Assembly (NCBI RefSeq): GCF_006345805.1
Contig: NC_043003.1
Coordinates: 91,140,001 to 91,204,000 of the forward strand
DNA: 64,000 nt
Reading direction: 5' to 3'
Origin: Octopus sinensis
Lineage: Eukaryota
Shown here: positions 52,473-64,000 of the stretch, one piece after another
Layout: every line of letters begins with the position of its first letter
How positions within the stretch are numbered: position 1 is the stretch's first letter
Position numbers and translations under genes: made by a program
The notes under the pieces: model-generated
Told to the model about the DNA's origin: nothing
The model's input: only the letters and a program-made list of their open reading frames with translations
Databases searched by the model: none

Positions 52473-54075
52473 CTAGCTGAAGGCCCGCTCTACGCGCGGG
52501 TAAGAGTGTGGTTGTTACTTTCTGTTGCTTCCTTTCTGTTTTTTATCACCAAATTCTCCCTCTTTGTTTCTCTCTCCTTTCTCTCTCACTTTCCCACTCT
52601 CTTACTCTTCCTTTCTCTCGGACTCTCCCTCGCTTTCTCTTACTCTCTATCTTTCTCTATCTCTCTCTCTCCCATTTATAAACAACAAAAGATCTTGAGT
52701 AAGTTGAGAAAGAAACTAGTTTGAAAGATCAATCATAAATATCAGGCAGTGACAACGGAAAGGTCTGCTTCAAGGCAGAAAGCAAAACACTAACATTTAA
52801 AAGGGACAGACGAACTTGCGAGCTGAAAAAAAAAATATTGGAAAACAAAGTTTGAAGGGATGGAATCTGAAGATAGTAGAGTCACCATGGCTGGCATTTC
52901 TTGACGAAGGACAGCAACGTAGTGGCAGTTTAACGGCTGGCGTAAAATTTTGAACTTGATGTAAAAGAAAATTCCTAAACACCAAGTTTTGAAGTAATTT
53001 TTTCTCACGACAGTAGACTCACCATGGCAAGCATTCAAAACTTCTTCATCATGGACGGCAACACATTGATGATTTAAAAGGCTGGTGCAAATATTTTAGC
53101 TTCATGTAACAGAGAATTCCTAAACACCCGCTCCTGTAAATTTTAATCCCCTTCCAGCCCCATTTAGACTCCTTTTCATACTTTGGTTAATATAACCCGA
53201 TTTCATTCGGGTCTAATAGGGCCACATTTTATAAGATGAGTAATTTTGTCCTATAGGCCTTTCATTTGAGGAAAAAAATAGTTGCCATGCAAACTCGCCA
53301 GCACTTTTAACATATGTGTGCATATTTTCAGCTCAACCAACCACATAATGCACACATTATATATATATAAGTACATATATACGCATTATTTATATATATA
53401 TATGTGTGTGTGCGTGTGTGTACGCATTATATATATAAATGTATACAAATTGTATATATATATAAATACAGATATATACACTTTGTATATATACATATTT
53501 ATATATAGAACACACACACACACACACACATATAAATTAACCCAATAAATATCTGATTCATAATATATATTTGTTCTCATGATTGTGTGGTGGTGGTTGC
53601 GATGATAATTCTCGCTATCATGCAGACAGACATAGAGAGAGAGAAAGAGAGTGACAGCGCTGGTGAAGGCGGCGGGGGAAAGATAGTAGACTTTCCCTCG
53701 CTTTCTCTTACTCTCTATCTTTCTCACGACAGTAGACTCACCATGGCAAGCATTCAAAACTTCTTCATCATGGACGGCAACACATTGACGATTTAAAGGC
53801 TGGCGCAAATTTTTTAGCTTGATATAACAGAGAATTCCTAAACACCCGCTCCTGTAAATTTTAATCCCCTTCCAGCCCCATTTAGACCCCTTTTCACGTT
53901 TTGGTTAATATAACCCGATTTCACTCGGGTCTACTCGGGCCACATTTTATAAGATGAGGAATTTTGTCCTAGAGGTCACGCCTTTCATTTGAGGAAAAAA
54001 ATAGTTGCCATGCAAACTCGCCAGCACTTTTAACATAGGTGTGCATATTTTCAGCTCAACCGACCACATAATGCA
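52473..54075 (-). mobile_element. non-autonomous Helitron, copy 2 (internal ~355-bp duplication, 5'-truncated)
   Basis: Direct repeat of 50738-52090; 53720-54075 duplicates ~53000-53350; CTAG abuts the TC of copy 1. Confidence 0.85.
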
Positions 54076-56888
54076 TTGATTGGTTGAAATTACCGAAATA
54101 GGACTACTTTAACGTGAAATAACTTCCTAAATATAAGCTTTTCTCCAAAATGTTATGAGTAAAAGATGTTTTAAATGACACATTCTACCAGTGTCCGAAG
54201 TTTGAAAGTGTTTAATTACAAAAAATTATTTTAAAAATCTGTTGGTCAAAAGGTAAAAATCCAATTTTTCAGACTACTCGCACTTACAAACGCACATACA
54301 AGCAACAAAGTTTCAGACAGGAAAACATACCTCCGTCCTCTGGAGAATACTGGGACAGATTAGTCACTGAAAAACCTGCGAGTAGTAGTAGTAGTAGTAG
54401 TAGCAACAGCAGCAACAGCAGCAGTAGCAGTAGTAGTAGTAGTAGTAAAGATCGACTGTTTAAAAAAGTTAAAAAGACGATCGATTAGTTAGTTGGATAG
54501 ATATTTAACCGACTGACTGATAATAAAGGAGCGCAATTGAACTGGTGCCGAAATATTATATATTTTAAGTCGCATCTCCTGCAAGTTAACTCGGGATCCC
54601 TTGACGGCAATGTAACCGTCATTTAAATAAGGTGCCTTCGGCCTGATGAGTGGAAAAGTTACTTAAGGAAGTCAATGAATAAAAACAAAGGAAAATAGAT
54701 ATTGTATTACCTCAAAATTGTATGTGTAACGATCCAATGATCTTTTGAAAAATCTTCATGCTGTCAAATAGAAAACGATTGCATAAGAATATTTGTGTGT
54801 GTGTACATGTGTGTGGTATGTATATATATCTTTTACTTGTTTCAGTCATTAAGCTGGGGCCATGCTGGAGCACTACCTTGAAGAACTTTTTGGTTTATGT
54901 TTACTTTAACACCCGGCCACCAAAGCCAAAAAGAAAAAAAAACAAGTTTAATAGATAGAAAAAAACGTGTATTAAACGAATATAAAAACAAAAATTTGCG
55001 CCAACGAAACGGGGGCGGGAGGGGGGGGAGAGGACTTTCGGAAAATTCACAAGATACGATTTTTTTCCCTCTTAACTTTTAGGAAAATGGATATCTTTTG
55101 ATGAAATTTTATATAAATACCTTTCAAACGGTATAGATTACGATTATAAAGAAATTTGTGGGGAAAAATTTTTTCGAAGAGAAAAAAATTCATAAATAAT
55201 TTTTTCACTTGAGTGTAATGGAAAAAGTTTGGAAAGAAATTTTTAGATTCATTTTTTTTCGCTTGATTAAAGAAAAATGTTTTTAGAAAGATCCCAACGG
55301 TAGAAACCACAGCTAAATCGCCCTTAACTTTCTTCCACAGAGAAACCATATTCAACACCGTCTTTATGAATTTGTCTCTCACCATGATACATGGGATCTT
55401 TTTAAAAACCTTTTTCTATTTACTATATATCACTAATCACGGGTATAACTACAGATGTATACCCACCCGACTTTGTTACCTGATAACTTCCAGAAAATGG
55501 ATACTTTTTTTACAAAACTTTCGACAAATAATCGCTCGGATCCTGTAGATTGAGTATATGGAAAGATTTGGTGCTTAACTTTTTCCGTTGGGGAGAGGAG
55601 TTTCGGAAAATTCACACCACCTGACATTTTCCTCCTCATAACTTTCAGGAAAATGAGTATTTTTTAGTGAAATTTTATACAAATACCTTTCAAACGGAGT
55701 AAATTACGATTACAAAGAAATTTGTAGTCAAAATCTTTTGGAAGAAGGAGGGAGAGGAGTTTCTCGAAAATGGAGTTTTGGATCCGACGGCCCACATAAA
55801 TTGGAATTTCTCTGTTTTGACGGGGAGTTTTTCCTATTTCTTTTTTCAACGCAATCTTCAAAATGATGGGAGACATCTTTTCACGAAATAAGGAAAAGAA
55901 TTTTGAAAATTTATGATTTTTTTTCAATTCTGCCACCTCCTCACCAACAAGGTCCAGACCGATTTTGGCCAATTCTTTTTCTTTCTTTTTTTTTCCTACG
56001 CACTTAAGAAACATGGGCGTAATCATTTCGGTTAATAAAAAAAATTTAATCTTTTCAGAGGAAAATGTGTGTGGTTTAAGGGAGATTTGGCTGTTGTTTC
56101 TAGCACAGTGCAAGACCACCCTCGTTTTTTTCTCACTCAAATATGTATTGATGTTTTTCAATATTTTCCCTATTATTTTGCTATAAAAAGAAGAAAAATT
56201 TGAAAATTCGTGGTGTTTTAAGCCCCACTCTCTGCTCCCGATTGTTTCTGTCAATATAATTATAAAATATTGGAAGATTATTGCTGGGATTTATCCAGAG
56301 TGGTTTTGGAAAGACTTCCTCGGGCTGTGCTAGAAACAACAGCCAAAGTCTCCCTTAAATCACACATTAACATTTGTTTTTAACCGAAAACAATCTACAC
56401 CGTTTGAAAGGTATTTGTATAAAATTTCATTAAAAGATACCCATTTTCCTGAAAATTACGAGGGGAAAAATGTCGGGTCGTGTAAATTTTCAAAACTCCT
56501 CTCCCCAACCCATCGGAATAATTTTTTGCAACAAATCTTTACATACACTCAATCTACAGGATCTAAGGGATTTTTGCTGAAAGTTTCGTTACAAAGTATC
56601 TATCTTCCTGCAAGTTATGAGGCAACAAAGTCGGTGGGGTATACAACTGTGATATTTAGTGTAAACATGCAACGTAAACATTCAAACTTGGGCACTATCT
56701 TCCTTAATCCAACTGCATTTCACATAGAATTTTTGGTCCTCCAAAGTCATCTCAATGTATAAGTTGACCTACCTGTTATTCGCTGTAAATTTTGGTCTGA
56801 AAAAAAAAAAAGAAAAAAAAAGACTTATATGCCAAAAAAATACGGTAGAAGGTACCAGCACAGTATGATTATATAAATTTCAAAAATT

Positions 56889-57306
56889 GGATCTTTTCGG
56901 TTTGAACGGCAGTTTTTAAAAGTAATTTCCACGTAACTAAACACTTTTAAACTTCGTATACTGGTAGAATGTGTTTATAAAACATCTTTTTCTCTTGGCT
57001 TTATTGAGAAAATTCTATAGTTTGTAAGATATTTGTTGTATTTTTTTCTTCAATTTCTGCAATTTCAACCAATCAATGACGTCTATTGAGTTAAAAAGCA
57101 TTCTGTGCCGTATGAATACGTCCCTCGTTTAAGAAACAGATTGGGTTTATTTACATTTGTGAAGAAAAAAGATACCCTTTCCCCTAACCCTAACCTTAAT
57201 CCTAAAACAGATTGAAATACAATAGATCGATTCTTGGGTCATAATTATGGGTGACAATTTCATATGACACATCTAGAAAAAACTGCCGTTCAAACCGAAA
57301 AGATGC
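56889..57306. mobile_element. MITE, same family as 26976-27374 (opposite orientation)
   Basis: GGATCTTTTCGGTTTGAACGGCAGTTTTT..AAAAACTGCCGTTCAAACCGAAAAGATGC; flanks CAAAAATT/CCAAAATT. Confidence 0.9.
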
Positions 57307-57829
57307 CCAAAATTTAACAAATGTATATTCAGTGACTCCGAGAGAAAGGCTGCAAGTTGGAACAAGACTATTTTTGCTCCAAAGCACTAACTCCAGTCCC
57401 AAAATCGAAGGAGGCTCTCAAGTTTATTCGTTTTTGTTTTTGTTTTTGTTTTAGATGGGCCTATCAGATATTCACAAGCATGGATCCATGGACTGAAGTT
57501 CAAGGTACCAACCAGCTGCAAGCCCCTCTTGTATGTCCGACGTGTATTTAGATTCATTGTTAAAATATAACATATACTTAAGAGTCACTTACCTCGAATC
57601 TTTCAGAGTGTCAAGAAGGATATGACGTCTTTCAGAGTGTCAAGAAGGATATGAAACTGAATATAATAAGGTAACTGCGTGCTGGGCGTTTACTTTCAAT
57701 TTCGATTTGTATATAAGGTTTAAAAAGCACACATCTCGCACACACACACACACACACATAAACACAAACTCGCGCGCGCGCACACACACGTACACACACA
57801 CTGGCCAAGATAAAAAAAATACATATATA

Positions 57830-58227
57830 GGCGCAGGCGTGGCTGTGTAATGAGAAGCTTGCTTCCCAACCACATGGCTCTGGGTTCAGTCCCATTGCAT
57901 GTCACCTTTGGCAAGTGTCTCCTACTATAACCACAGGCCAACTAAAGCCTTGTGAGTCGATTTAGTAGACGGAAATTGGAAGAAGCCCGTCATATATATA
58001 GTATATATGTATGTATTTATGTGTGTGTGTCTGTGTTTGTCTCCCCCCCTGTCATCGCTTGACAACCAATGCTGGTGTGTTTGTGTTCCCATAACTTAGT
58101 GGTTCAGCAGAGAGGCCGATAGAATAAGTACTAGGCTTACAAAGAATAAGTCCTGGGGTCAACTAACACCCTTTAAGGTGGCACTCCAGCATGGCAGCGT
58201 TCAGTTGACTGAAACAAGTAAAAGAAT
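57830..58227 (+). mobile_element. full-length tRNA-derived SINE (third family)
   Basis: GGCGCAGGCGTGGCTGTG.. A-box-like, GGGTTCAGTCCC B-box-like, tail GACTGAAACAAGTAAAAGA. Confidence 0.85.
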
Positions 58228-58531
58228 ATATATTTATCCCCACTTAAACGTAAGTGTTCTGATGGAACCAACTACACTGTGATAGTTACCTTGATACAAA
58301 TTCTCTTATTGGCTTTTTTGAGACAAAATATATTCGTGTTTATTTTGCTAGCAGGGTCTGGTGGTCTCGGTGCTGGGTGCTGCACGTATTTATCTCCCCC
58401 ACCTCACTAGTGATGTAAACAAGTTTGCACTAAAAAAAACAGTCAGTTTCTCTCATGGTAACAACTACAATATAGTTTGTTCTAACAGAACACCCACGTG
58501 TTGTTGATACTGCATTTGTTGGATATATATA

Positions 58532-59382
58532 TCTATATATATAAAACTGTAGTTGTGTGAGTGTCTGTCCCCTTCGATTTAGATTCCTAACTCCTCCCAC
58601 ATTTTGCGGTGCAATTTAACCAAATTCGGGTATCTTATAGTCGTGATTCATATCGAGCCCGTCTGGCTATTAGCGCGCGTCAACGATGAGTCTACGATTT
58701 TAAAAATAATTTAACATCATTTTTTATTCCATTTTAATGCATAATTTTTCGTGTGTCGATGGCGGCGGAGTTGGCGTCCACGCTCACAGCTGCACCTGTT
58801 TGCTTCTCCCCCTTCCCTCCCTCGTGAAGCTGTGGGGAAGGGAGTGTAAAGAAATCAACGTCGTAATGCGTTGTCAAGGAGACCAGCGTTCTTTTAGAAC
58901 GACTTCATGGCTTGAAGACACCAAAACAGAAATGGCTAAGAAAGCCCGAATTGGCATCTATAAGGAAAGTAACTCTCTAAAAATGCTTATATAGTTATTT
59001 CCCTTACAAACCCGAGCAACGCCGGGCGATACTGCTAGTCTTTATATATAAAAGTAAGGTTGTGTGTCTGTCTCCTACGATTTAGATTCCTAACTACTCC
59101 CACATTTTGCGGTGCAGTTTTGCGGTGCATCTACGATGAGTCTACGATTTAAAAAATAATTTACCATCATTTTTTCCATTTTAATGCATTTTTTCGCTAT
59201 TATATAAGGGAGGTAACTCTCTAAAAATGTCTACGATGAGTCAACGATTTAAAAAAAAAATTTACCATCATTTTTTTTCCATTTTTAATGCATTTTTTTG
59301 CTATTTTTTGGCTATAACTCTCTAAAAATGCTTTATAGTTATTTCCCTTACAAACCCGAGCAACGCCGGGCGATACTGCTAG
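58532..59382 (+). mobile_element. head-to-tail dimer of non-autonomous Helitrons (58532-59038, 59039-59382)
   Basis: Each unit 5'-TC..CCCG-AGCAACGC-CGGG..CTAG-3'; inserted between A and T; junction CTAG|TC. Confidence 0.9.
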
Positions 59383-59427
<45 letters not shown>

Positions 59428-59428
<1 letters not shown>

Positions 59429-59766
59429 CGCCAGCTAAACTTGTTGTACTGTTTATTAGTCGTAAGACACCCGCTGTTTTTGTCCTGTTTTTACCATTAT
59501 TGTTTTTTGTATTTTATATTCGTGTGGCATCGTCCGTTTTTCTGTCCCTGTTTCGTATACATTCGATCCTTCTTCCAAGAAATCTAATGCTCATAGCTTA
59601 GTTTTTCCTTGGGGCTGGCCAGATCGGAGCGATCTCAAGATTAATCAGCCGAAATTAGTAGTATGATCCGGTTCTTGACTGAAGATTGAAGGCTTCGAAT
59701 GTCCCGTCCGTGTTTTTTGTATCGTCTTCTAAATGTTTTACGTTCTTGTCCCAGTTTGTATTTTTC

Positions 59767-59770
<4 letters not shown>
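59428..59770 (+). mobile_element. TA-embedded element, family shared with 1613-1995
   Basis: (TA)n on both sides; aligns to the reverse complement of 1620-1890. Confidence 0.7.
59617..59694 (+). ncRNA. putative rearranged hammerhead ribozyme (stem III mutated)
   Basis: GGCCAGATC..GCGA-TC-TCAAGA..AGCC-GAAA-TTAG..GATCCGGT-TCTTGA-CTGAAGA-TTGAA-GGCT. Confidence 0.55.
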
Positions 59771-59816
<46 letters not shown>

Positions 59817-59870
59817 TAATGGTGTTATTGAGACCCAAAGGTGTCAGGTAATGGTGAATGAGTGCTCATC

Positions 59871-59922
59871 GTCTCCGATGAAGGGATATAATTAATAAAT
59901 ATCCTGGAAACAGCTGTAAGAC
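59871..59922 (+). ncRNA. minimal type I hammerhead in TA-embedded element 59810-59987
   Basis: GTCT-CCGATGA-AGGGATAT..ATATCCTG-GAAA-CAGCTG-TA-AGAC. Confidence 0.7.
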
Positions 59923-59984
59923 CTATCTATAAATGTTCTAATATCTACACAGCCTTGTTTTTTTATCTCATTATGCAAAAAATT

Positions 59985-60034
<50 letters not shown>

Positions 60035-60621
60035 CACACACACACACATGCATATATCGTCATCAACATCATCAGCATTTAAAGTCCGTTGTCCATGCTG
60101 GCATGAGTTGGATGGTTTGACCAGGGCTGGCAAGCTGGAAGGCTGCATAACACTCCAGTTTGATTTAGCATGGTTTCTACGGCCAGACACCCTTCCTAAC
60201 ACCAACCACTTTACAGAGTGTACTGAGTGCTTTTACATGGCACTGCCACCAGAAGGACCGGTCTTAACACTTCTACTGTGAAGTACAGGTCTTTTTGAAG
60301 ATTAGCAGAGAGACAGTGAAAAGTGAATAGAAGGCAAAATGAGAGAAAATATAACCTCTTGCTCAGGCAGCCAGCATGAAAATGAAGACAAGGCGATGAC
60401 CACAAGTCACATGTCTGTATTAGGAGGAGTAAAGTTGGTAGAGGGCAGACAGGGAAGGCAAAAGAATGAGACAGAAAGCAGCATAGAAAGAAGGGAAGAA
60501 AGTGAGAGGAGTTTTGATTAAGATGATTCAAACTGATAGCTATGTGTTCTGAGTGATCAAATAGGTGTGTCTTGTTCAAAAACAGCTAATGGTGGCTTCC
60601 CTTTGAGTCAGTAGATATAGG

Positions 60622-60861
60622 TTAAAGTAGAGATGAAAAGCAAACAATTAGTCAAAGCAGGTCAAGGACATTTGATTTCATTCAATTGAATTTAAAAATT
60701 TAGCTTCATAACAAATGGTAAAAATAGTACAAACTAATGTGTAATATTTTTGCACTATTTTTACCATTTGTTATGTAGCTAAATGTTTAAATCAAAATTA
60801 AATGAAATCAAATGTCCTTGACCTGCTTTGACTAATTGTTTGCTTTTCATCACTACTTTAA
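60622..60861. repeat. imperfect palindrome, ~112-bp arms
   Basis: GATGAAAAGCAAACAATTAGTCAAAGCAGGTCAAGGACATTTGATTTCATT / exact reverse complement at ~60801-60851. Confidence 0.9.
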
Positions 60862-61229
60862 GCTGTGTGTGTGTGTGTGTGCGCACGCACACACCCACAC
60901 ACATGCATATACACATATACAAATACACACACACACACATGCATATGTCTATGTGCGTAGGTATATATCTTTTATTTTTTACAATCATTGGCAATTTCTG
61001 GAATACCAGCTTGAAGATTTTAGTCAAACAAATTAACCCCCAATACCATTTACGTTTTTATAAAGTCTGTTCCATATTCTATTGATCTCCTTTGTTAAAC
61101 TGCAATGCCATCAGGACGTAAACAAACCAAAAGAGGTTGTATAACTGTAGGGGCTACAAACACAGACACACACACACTCCTATATACGACAGGCTTCCAT
61201 ACAGGTATTTTTCGATGTTGTTGTTGTTA

Positions 61230-61260
<31 letters not shown>

Positions 61261-61999
61261 TATTCAGGTCACTGCCTGGAATTGAACTCGGAATCTTGGG
61301 GTTAGTAGCCGCACTCTTAACCACTATGCCATGGGCTGTAACGTTGTGTTAACAACAAACAAGATGAGGACAAATATCCATCAATTGTAAATAATGTGCA
61401 TAATTACTCATCTCTTAAATATAGAACTGAAAGCTTCCATACAGTTTCAATCTTCCAAATCCATTCACAAAGCATTTGTCAGCCCAAGTTTACAGTAGAA
61501 GACCTTGCTCAAGGTACTTTGCAATGGGCCAAAATGCAAAACCTTGTAGCTGCAAGACAAGTTTCATAACCATATAGCTTTGCCTGTGTCTGTCATTTTT
61601 TACCTGATTTCGATGCCCCCATCGTTTTAAAAAGATTTATGTACATAAACAGTAAAGAAGAAAATTTATGAAAAGAGCAAATATGATATCTCAGTTTCAA
61701 CTGGGTAAGAATGAATGAAACAACTTTATTTGAAAATCTAGTGTAGGATGATGTGGAGTGAGATAATCAATTATTGGGCTTGATCTCAGGAAAAGAAATT
61801 CTTCTAATCTTTCAAGCTTCACTTTAACCCTTTTGATACTAAAGCCGGCTGAGAGCATCCTTAGTTTATATGATACAAACTTTCTGCTAATAGAAATCTC
61901 AAAGAGCAAACAAATAATTACTAAAATTTAGTATAAGTTGAGCATTGCAAATTTTAAAAATGTGAATTGTTGAATGCTAACTTGCTTCAAACTAATCAC

Positions 62000-62943
62000 T
62001 AAAAGGCTTAAATACAACCACATATATTTTTTTTCTCTCTTGTAAATTTCCCTCAATCTGGTTACCCAAATTCTACCCATATCGAACTTCTGAAAATTGT
62101 AGTTGAGGAAAAGCTCAAGCATATTGCATGAGAATTAGCCAAACAGTTCAATCGAAGTCACACTTCAATCATAAAACATACTTGTGAACTAAGAACAGCT
62201 AAACCTGATCGGTGGATCCCTCATCATCTTACTGGCTGACAGTTTAATCAAAGTGTTGCCCTCTGTTTGTCATTCAAGAGCAGACTTGCTATTGAACTTT
62301 TCCTGAATAGTGATGAAAAGTGGGTCCTCTATAACCATATCCAATGAAAACAACAATGAGTAGCATCCAATGAAAACAAGAATCCATCCACAAACCAGTA
62401 CTGCTCTGAAACAGTTATGTTCAGTGTTTGGTGGAATATGAATGGTGTCATCTATCATGAAGTGTTTAACTAAAATAAAACAGCTAATGCGAGAAGGATT
62501 GTAGTCAAATGGAAGTACTGCATAGAAATTTGCTGGAAAAGTGCCCATCATTAGTTAATCATAAAAGTTTATTGCTCTTATGCGATAATGCAAGACAACA
62601 TATTGCCCAAGTAACTCAAAACAAGATTATAGCACTAAATATGCAAGTTTTGCCTCTTGACCTTGTTCAATTTGACTATCATCTTTTCAGATCATTGCGG
62701 GATTAATTAGAAAAAAAACAGTTCATTAGTTGTGAAAAGGTTAAAAATGATATGAAGTGCTCCTTTGCTTCAAAGCCAGAAAAATTTCACACCCAAGGGA
62801 TCAACAATTTGACAAATAGATGAGCTTATGTTTTCAATAATGAGGCGACATGTTATCTTGATTAAATATATCAATTAAGGCCAAAGACACATTTGTTCCT
62901 TATCAATCTTAAAATGTAACAGGTCTTTCCCTCTAACCTAATG
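62000..62943 (+). mobile_element. mariner relic
   Basis: WIPHHL, DEKWVLY, MFSVWWN, LLCDNARQH, DLVQFDYHLFRSL; ITR-like end TAACCTAAT. Confidence 0.8.
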
Positions 62944-62960
62944 TGTATGCCTATCTATCA

Positions 62961-63032
<72 letters not shown>

Positions 63033-63766
63033 ATCTATCTATCTATGTGTGTATGTACATATTTATGTATGCATATATGCCTACATGCATGTATGTTCTT
63101 TCTTTCCTTTATTTGAAAAGAGAAAACTTTCCTGAAATATACTTGGATCATTAAACGACTTATATTAATTGACACGGTATCAATGTCTTTGTTTTCCGAT
63201 ATTTTGCTTAATTCTTCACTTGCGTTACCCAAAGTATTTTTTCCTATTTGCTTACCCCTAGAAAGTATGAAAAGTGGCTAATGTTTCCTTTAAACTTTGC
63301 TTTTACATTTATTCAAACCCCAAAGAATCCGTCTCAACACATGCCTATGATGCTCCCCATTACTCCTGCTTATGATCAGAGATGCACATATTGTCAGCCA
63401 CTAAATGACATGCTCAAGTGGTTAAGGTCAACCAACTGACAAGCAAATCTATAGTATTTGTTGTGTATTGGACACCTGCTGTACATTTGTTTAAATAATT
63501 AAAATCCAACAGTCACATGGCATGCATGAGTATCATGTGAATTTGTCTGTTTTTATTTTTATATATATATATTGCAATCAAAATAAACAGGGACACACAA
63601 TTGATTCTATTGCTACAGGATTGCGGTTCATGTTGTTACCCCTTCTCATGCATTCTGCTATTGGTTGTGCTTCTACTACAGTGAGATAGAAATTCGCAGT
63701 TTACAGCTATTTGAACCTTGTTCCCATACCTGTGCTTATGAAATAAGCAAATTACAAAACTTGGCA

Positions 63767-64000
63767 ATGGCGTTGCTGACAGAACAAGGAAAATCTCTTG
63801 CTGACATAAACTTACAGTCGACTGAAGACATCACAACCCGGCTTGTGACAGTCAAAGCAAAAGCTTATGTGGATGAATTAAAGGATAACCTACAAGATAA
63901 TGACCAAAGTCCTAAGGCTATGAAATTCATTTCTTTGGTAAGAATAGAAGCATTAAAAATTATCCGAGATATTGATATCCTGAAGAATATTATGAAAATG
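63767..64000 (+). other. open reading frame running off the window edge, possibly a transposase relic
   Basis: 78 open codons MALLTEQGKSLADINLQ..KAYVDELKDNLQD..; no diagnostic motif. Confidence 0.25.

Noticed and set aside
54643-54680. CTGATGAG as another hammerhead
   Set aside because: No correctly placed GAAA, stem III or stem I partner could be found
55664-56254. 196-aa K/F/I-rich ORF
   Set aside because: Lies in an AT-rich dispersed repeat related to motifs at 2100-2700 and 4200-4500; no recognisable domain

Overview
AT-rich, repeat-saturated animal genomic DNA. The SINE families and the (TA)n/(CA)n density resemble an octopus/cephalopod genome (inference). There is one 100-N gap and no convincing host protein-coding gene. 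Almost all non-microsatellite sequence is transposon-derived: RTE- and CR1-type LINE pieces, a near full-length decayed Tx1/L1-clade LINE, Penelope-like (PLE) GIY-YIG fragments, mariner/Tc1 relics, tRNA-derived SINEs, non-autonomous Helitrons in head-to-tail tandems, and a GGATC-terminated fold-back/MITE family. The most striking signal is RNA-level. Many small elements inserted in (TA)n/(TG)n tracts carry hammerhead-ribozyme (HHR) cores. These include three long near-perfect DNA palindromes that each hold a mirrored pair of minimal HHRs, and three copies from two families of an apparently non-circularly permuted HHR with an extra helix (1.7, 50.4 and 59.6 kb). All folds were derived by eye and none is tested.
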